DNA of 64,000 nucleotides from Macrostomum lignano. Its lineage: Eukaryota. Of the stretch, positions 59,050-64,000 are shown in pieces (position 1 is the stretch's first letter; each line of letters opens with the position of its first letter). The notes below the pieces were generated by a model, which searched no databases, had not been told where the DNA came from, and saw nothing but the letters and a program-made list of their open reading frames with translations. The stretch lies in contig NIVC01002389.1 in NCBI GenBank assembly GCA_002269645.1, forward strand, positions 1-64,000, written 5' to 3'. A program made the position numbers and the translations under genes.

Positions 59050-59804
59050 TCAGCCGACGATCCAGACATCGCCAGTCTCGTTGGCGAAGGCGGTGGCGAA
59101 GCTGCTGAGGCGGCACAGGCCGCCGCTGCTGTTGAAGCGATAGGAGGAGCAGCTGGCAGTCCGGGCGCAGAAGGCGGCGCACTGCATCCGGCTCTGCGTC
59201 TTGACGTCCCAGCCCAGGGAGCCGGCGAATGCAGCGGTGGTGACCAGCGGAGGAGCGGCAGAGGCGGCGAACTTGCGAAAATGTATCTGGGATCCTGCAA
59301 CCGGAGAATGATGAGGTTGGGCATCGCCGAGTTGAATACCATTTAACATACCAAAGCACTCGGTAGCGTTCGCTCACTCGTTGGCTGAAAATTCTCGTAG
59401 ATGGAGTTTCTGAACCCTCCGCCGCAGATCTGGCCAGCATTCCCAGAGCAGCTGGTGCTGCACTCAGAGTCTGGCGCGGGACCCCAGGAGCCGTGGCTGG
59501 AGCCGCACATGCAGTGCCTGAAATGCTGCAGTCCGAAGTACCGGAAGCCGCCATAGACGCAGATCTCGCTGCACAGCTCCACAATCATGTCGTGCCTTCG
59601 GACAGCTGCCTGGGCCATTTAGATGACGCTGAACGGGCCGAGCTGGGCGATGCCAACGAGGCCCTGCAAGTCTCTGCCAGTGCCACTGTGGTCAACAAAG
59701 CAGCCGACGTAGACCGGAGTGGCTCTATGCTGGCACAGCGACCCGGAGACCAGCAGAGCGGCCAGTGCAACACTGAACAATGCTGTGCGACTGCACTGAT
59801 GCAT
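59050..59804 (-). pseudogene. WSC-PAN/apple secreted protein, copy C (premature TAA at 59621-59619)
   Basis: Exons 59804-59378 and 59294-59050. TAA replaces the TAC (Tyr) codon present in copies A and D. Confidence 0.8.
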
Positions 59805-60084
59805 CGAAACTCGTCTGGCTGCAGTGATTTTTCTATATACGCCTTTTCGTATATGAGCTGTGCTGCAGATGGAGAATAAATGTTTGCCAGTCTGCCTCCG
59901 TCTGACACTTTTTGATGCTTTTCTTTCCTATATTGCGCTGAGAGGAGTGGCGCACACGCAACCGATAAGCAGCCCTTCTTAGAGGAAAGTGAGTCACAGA
60001 AATCGCTTGAAATGGGAGACTGATTGGAGCGATAAGATGTTGGATGCTTGAGTAAATGAGCCGTTGGGAAATACTTTCTTCAGA

Positions 60085-60650
60085 AGGCTGAAGCTCTCCT
60101 CTGCCGGAAACGGCATCTCCGGCGGCAGCGTCAGACTGTCTGGCAGCGGGGGTGGCGGCGCGTTGACAACGGCAGCGGAGAACTCACGCAGCTCGTTCTT
60201 GCGCTCGTCCGCAGAGTCGCCTGTCAGGTTTAGCGGAATGCGCCGCTTTCGCCCCGTCAGAGCATTGATAGCCGACCAGGCCACGCGACCTCTGGCATCG
60301 GGGCCCAGCGGCAGAGACGGACCGAATGGCGTCATCAACAGCAGCTTGCTGACGCTGCAAATAGACAGCCGCCAAGGCCTCCTCTGCCTCGCGGGTTGGT
60401 CGCCTGCTCAAGCGGAGTCTCTCCAGCTCTTCCCTCGCTTGCCGAATCGCGGGGTCATCTTGCCAGACCGGCTGCCCCCGCTGGGCCGGTCGCATCAGCG
60501 GGACTGCTTGTTTCGCGGCGGCTCGATCTGCAGCGCACACCTCCGCGTACTCGGCACCTCCAAGCTTTCCGCCGAGCGCAGTGCTGAAAGCGCTAGCAAA
60601 GTGGCTGTGCGTGTTGACGTCCCTGAGCGCGCGGTAGTGGCGCCGTAGTA
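60085..60650 (-). mobile_element. Non-LTR (LINE) retrotransposon ORF2 linker fragment, frameshifted
   Basis: Two overlapping frames give ...AAAKQAVP...WQDDPAIRQAREEL...VDDAIRSV...AWSAINALTGRKRR...DSADERKNELREF, resembling the endonuclease-RT linker of LINE ORF2. No RT catalytic motif is present. Confidence 0.5.
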
Positions 60651-60719
60651 GTTTGCTTTGAGGAAACAAAAGCAAAGGTTGCAACTGAAATCTAAGCTAT
60701 TAAACCGTCACAAGCCAAT

Positions 60720-60860
60720 GTGACAGGCAAGTTGCAAGAAGTCATGCACATTCCGGTGACGCCTACACGTACACAGATCCCTACGCAGGCACATGCTCAC
60801 TGGGGTGTACACAGCGGCCCTGAGTTTCCCTCCGCACCTTGGGGGTTGGCCCCTTTGTAC
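60720..60860 (-). mobile_element. Diverged partial copy of the 58301-58640 SINE body
   Basis: Reverse complement shares gccaacccccaagg...agggccgctgt..acac...gtgag..tgtgcctgcgta with 58435-58535. Confidence 0.55.
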
Positions 60861-61146
60861 ATATTGTTTGACAGGAAGCCATTGTGTGAAATATTTTCAC
60901 TTTTGAGTGTCGCGGTACCTCTGTGGAGCTGAAATAATTGGCTTATTGCTGTTTAGATATGCGAATTCTGAGTAAAAGACTCAAGTCTGGACACAGCTTC
61001 ACGCAGACAGACAGGTGCCTTTTGAATGCGATGCGGTTCAAGTCTGCTTTCAAAAAGCTGTTAAAAGTTAAATCCGGTGTATTTCTAAGAGCAAACACAG
61101 ATCACAGTTCAAGTCTCTTTTTCAGGACAGTCTGGACTCTGAATGT

Positions 61147-61981
61147 TCAGCCGACGATCCAGACATCGCCAGTCTCGTTGGTGAAGGCGGTGGCGAAGCT
61201 GCTGAGGCGGCAGAGGCCGCTGCTGCTGTTGAAGCGATAGGAGGAGGAGCTGTCAGTCCGGGCGCAGGAGGCGGCGCAATTGATCCGGCTCTGCGCCTTG
61301 ACGTCCCAGCCCAGGGAGCCGGTGAATTCGGCAGTGGTGACCAGCGGAGGGGCGGCAGAGGCGGCGAACTTGCGGAAGAGCCGGCCTTGGGAGCCTTCAG
61401 CGAATAGAAAAGGGTTTAGAAAAGCGTAAATGCTGTTTATAACAGACTCGTAGCGAAAATTAAAAATCTCATTCAAACGCTCGTAGATTAACGATTGCAT
61501 GCAAATAGGGTATTTAAGGCACAACGCGCAGAGCAAAGTCTAGCAGATTGGCGACTATGCAAATTGACTCACTGGTTGAGTACGTATTCTCGTAGATGGA
61601 GTTTCGGTACGACCCGCAAACTTGGGCGGCATTTCCAGCACACTGGTACATGCACTCAGATTCTGGCGCTGGACCCCAGGAACCGAAGCTGGAGTCGCAG
61701 GCGCAGTCATTGATGCCCTGCACCGCAGCGTATCGAAAGCCACCGTAGGTGCAGATCTCGCTGCACAGATCCACCGTCATGTCGCTTCTTCGCACAAAGC
61801 CTTGCGCCATGTAGGTGACGCTGAACGGGCTGAGCTCGGCGATGCCAAACAGGCCCTGCAAGTCTCTGTTGGGAGCAGCTTGGTCAACAAAGCAGCCCAC
61901 ATAGACCGGAGTGGCCTTGCGCTGGCACAGCAACCCGGAGACCAGCAGAGCGACCACCGCAACGACGAGCCTGCTGCGCAT
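61147..61981 (-). CDS. WSC-PAN/apple secreted protein, copy D (intact; exons 61981-61573 and 61394-61147; 218 aa)
   Basis: Signal peptide and a full WSC Cys pattern; phase-1 GTGAGT...AAG intron. The PAN domain has one Cys-to-Ser change (CARTDSSSSYRF). Confidence 0.85.
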
Positions 61982-63142
61982 CCTGAATAATCTTGCGAGT
62001 TAGGAGCATGGGCTGGGAGAAATTTCCCGTATTTATCGACAGCTTCTTCTCCAGCATCAGCTCAAGAGAGGCGGAAAAATTGCTCGGCTTCTGGAGTCTT
62101 GCAGCATGTGACTGCGGGTCTGCTCTCGCTGCAAAAGATCGATGACTATTCAAGTAAAAACAATGCATTTCTCCTGATCTAGTCGTCTGATGTAGAAAAA
62201 TGAGCATAACAACTTTTCTGCAAGATCTCTCAAGCGGTGGACGAGTAGTGTAACTCTGCCATGGAAAATAGGCGTGAATAGACTCAAAATCAAGCTCCGG
62301 GCTGAGCTGGAGTCCCGCTAGATGCTGCATGAACGCTTGAATGCAAAAGATGCAGTAAGCCTCGGAATTCATCAGTATGCAAGTAGTGCCTCTAAAGTAA
62401 GGGGGTAAAACTCACTTCACTTCCAATATCATTGTTTCCTCTGCATCAAGAGTGGGAAGCCTCTCTATCCTGATCTCGGGTTCTTTGAAACTTGCAATAG
62501 GAATCCGGCCCGCTCAGGGTTTGTGTCTCTTCTTAGCTGTTTTCTCTCCTCTCTCCCCCTCACTAATCTCTCCTTTCATCTCTTATCTCATCTCCTCTCT
62601 TCTTCTCTCTTATCATTTATCAGCCTGATGGAAAAGTCTGTGTAGAATAATAGAGTTAAATAACTGACAAATTTTTTACATTGAGTTCTTGACATATCTA
62701 GCGTTTTCTGATCTGAGGTGTCGACCAGCAAATACTAAATAAGTATTTCGCCCATGAGCCAAAGATTCACCGACCAAGTCCGCCCTCTTGCCAGGGTTTC
62801 GAACGGTAAACCGCATGTCAGAAGTCTTAGGATTCAAAGCAGCGGCAAGACCTGGGATCAAATTCTGTGGACAGCGAGCGGTCCTGCCTGTCAGTCCTGC
62901 ACTCTGCTCAAGGACGGCTAGAATTTACAACGATAACTTCCAGTGATCCTTGACTCCGCTATCAGCAGATCAATCGTTATTTTCATGGAACCAGTCACGT
63001 CTAGGATGCGAGTTGGCTGATTTCAATCAGCTTCTGTACGCTATGATTGAATGTACGAAGTACGCTCGTACAAATACAGCATCACATTGAATGCATAAGC
63101 TATCGAATTCACAACAAATTGATTACCCCATAATATACCTTA

Positions 63143-63877
63143 CTTGCGCCCAAAAAGTTCTTAGACACCCCTCGTATCTCTGCACCTGTTCGATTAGTTT
63201 TGATATAATAAATTTCACAAACCTGGGCCCATATTTAATGAAATTTAGTGCTAGATTTTCAGCTTAATGGGGTTGATAGAGAAAAAGCAATCCATCATTT
63301 ACTGAAGAACCTACAAAATTAGCAATACGACTAGCAATCAGCGCCCCCCGTTAGGGAGCCAAAAAATGCAGTACAAGTTTTTTAATGAACTACATGTAGC
63401 GTCTCTTTGCAATACGAGTATACCTCAGCAGTCCCTTGTAAGCCTTGACATCTCAGCGATGCCCCCCCATAAGCCTTGAAATCTTAAAAAATCTGTCAAC
63501 CTTCTAACCCTAACCCTAGCCTAACCATAACCCTAACCCTAATGCATTGAAATTTCAGTAATTCTCCCCAAGAGTCATTATAGCACTACAGCATTATAGC
63601 GATTCCCTGCAAGCCTCGACATCGTAGCGATTCCCAAATGAATCTCTTAACTTCGACATGACGCTTCTTTTTTTACATTTTAGACAATTTAACCACTAAG
63701 CTCTAGAGTAGATGCTCTTCAAAAATCGTATTGCTAATTCTGTGGGTTCATCAGTAAATGATCGATTGCTTTTGCTCTGTCAGCCCGATCGAGCTGAAAC
63801 GTTAGTACTGACTTCATTACATATAGGTCCATGCGTGTGTAATTTTAAGGGTGCCTAAAAACTTTTCGGACGCACTA
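63143..63877. mobile_element. Non-autonomous Tc1/mariner-like element with degenerate TIRs
   Basis: Left tgcgcccaaaaagttcttagacaccc vs right reverse complement tgcgtccgaaaagttttaggcaccc; no transposase ORF. Confidence 0.5.
63505..63543. repeat. Short interstitial (CCCTAA)n telomere-like tract
   Basis: ctaaccctaaccctagcctaaccataaccctaaccctaa. Confidence 0.7.
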
Positions 63878-64000
63878 AGGTACATGTAAATAAATGCTCA
63901 TCGCTCAACTATAGGTAGGAGCTGGGCTGAAACTTTCCATGCAGTGACAATTAGTCACGTTTTTTACCTCTTACGAGTAAACCGTATATACTACGAACGT

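Larger units (their letters stand above)
54960..62600. other. Tandem segmental duplication of a two-gene WSC-PAN unit (about 54960-58140 and 59045-62600)
   Basis: Genes A and C share 5' flanks and the 83-nt intron. Genes B and D share 5' flanks (57570-58140 vs 61985-62600) and 3' flanks (57080-57250 vs 60965-61145). Confidence 0.85.

Noticed and set aside
59585-59908. ORF with PDEFRCIS resembling an RT motif overlapping the start of WSC copy C
   Set aside because: The similarity is only a few residues, and the region is explained by the 5' flank and signal peptide of gene C.

Overview
Eukaryotic (metazoan) genomic DNA with GC-rich exons, AT-rich spacers, GT-AG introns and minisatellite-filled introns. 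The style is reminiscent of the flatworm Macrostomum, but that is inference only. The left half (1-34.9 kb) is a giant inverted duplication centred on a 650-N gap, dominated by a 23-bp satellite (GGGGAGGGGAAACACACTGCATT; about 19.2 kb plus 6.6 kb). This satellite is the intron of an RRP36-like gene whose two exons sit on opposite strands in this assembly (exon 1 at 22521-22144 on minus; exon 2 at 31530-31724 on plus). A complete five-exon TMCO4/DUF726 alpha/beta-hydrolase gene follows (32845-40572), and its first two exons also appear inverted and frameshifted at 387-2032. Downstream are a tandem pair of unrecognised secreted 8-Cys proteins, a Smaug/Vts1-type SAM-domain gene on minus, and four signal peptide-WSC-PAN/apple paralogues in different states of decay or rearrangement. 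These are interleaved with an LTR plus tRNA-Leu PBS, a LINE fragment, SINEs and MITEs. The most intriguing pattern is that many intronic minisatellite units read as tandem copies of splice signals on the sense strand (branch point, pyrimidine tract and YAG, or donor-like motifs). The six-frame multi-thousand-aa ORFs are products of the stop-free satellite, not genes.
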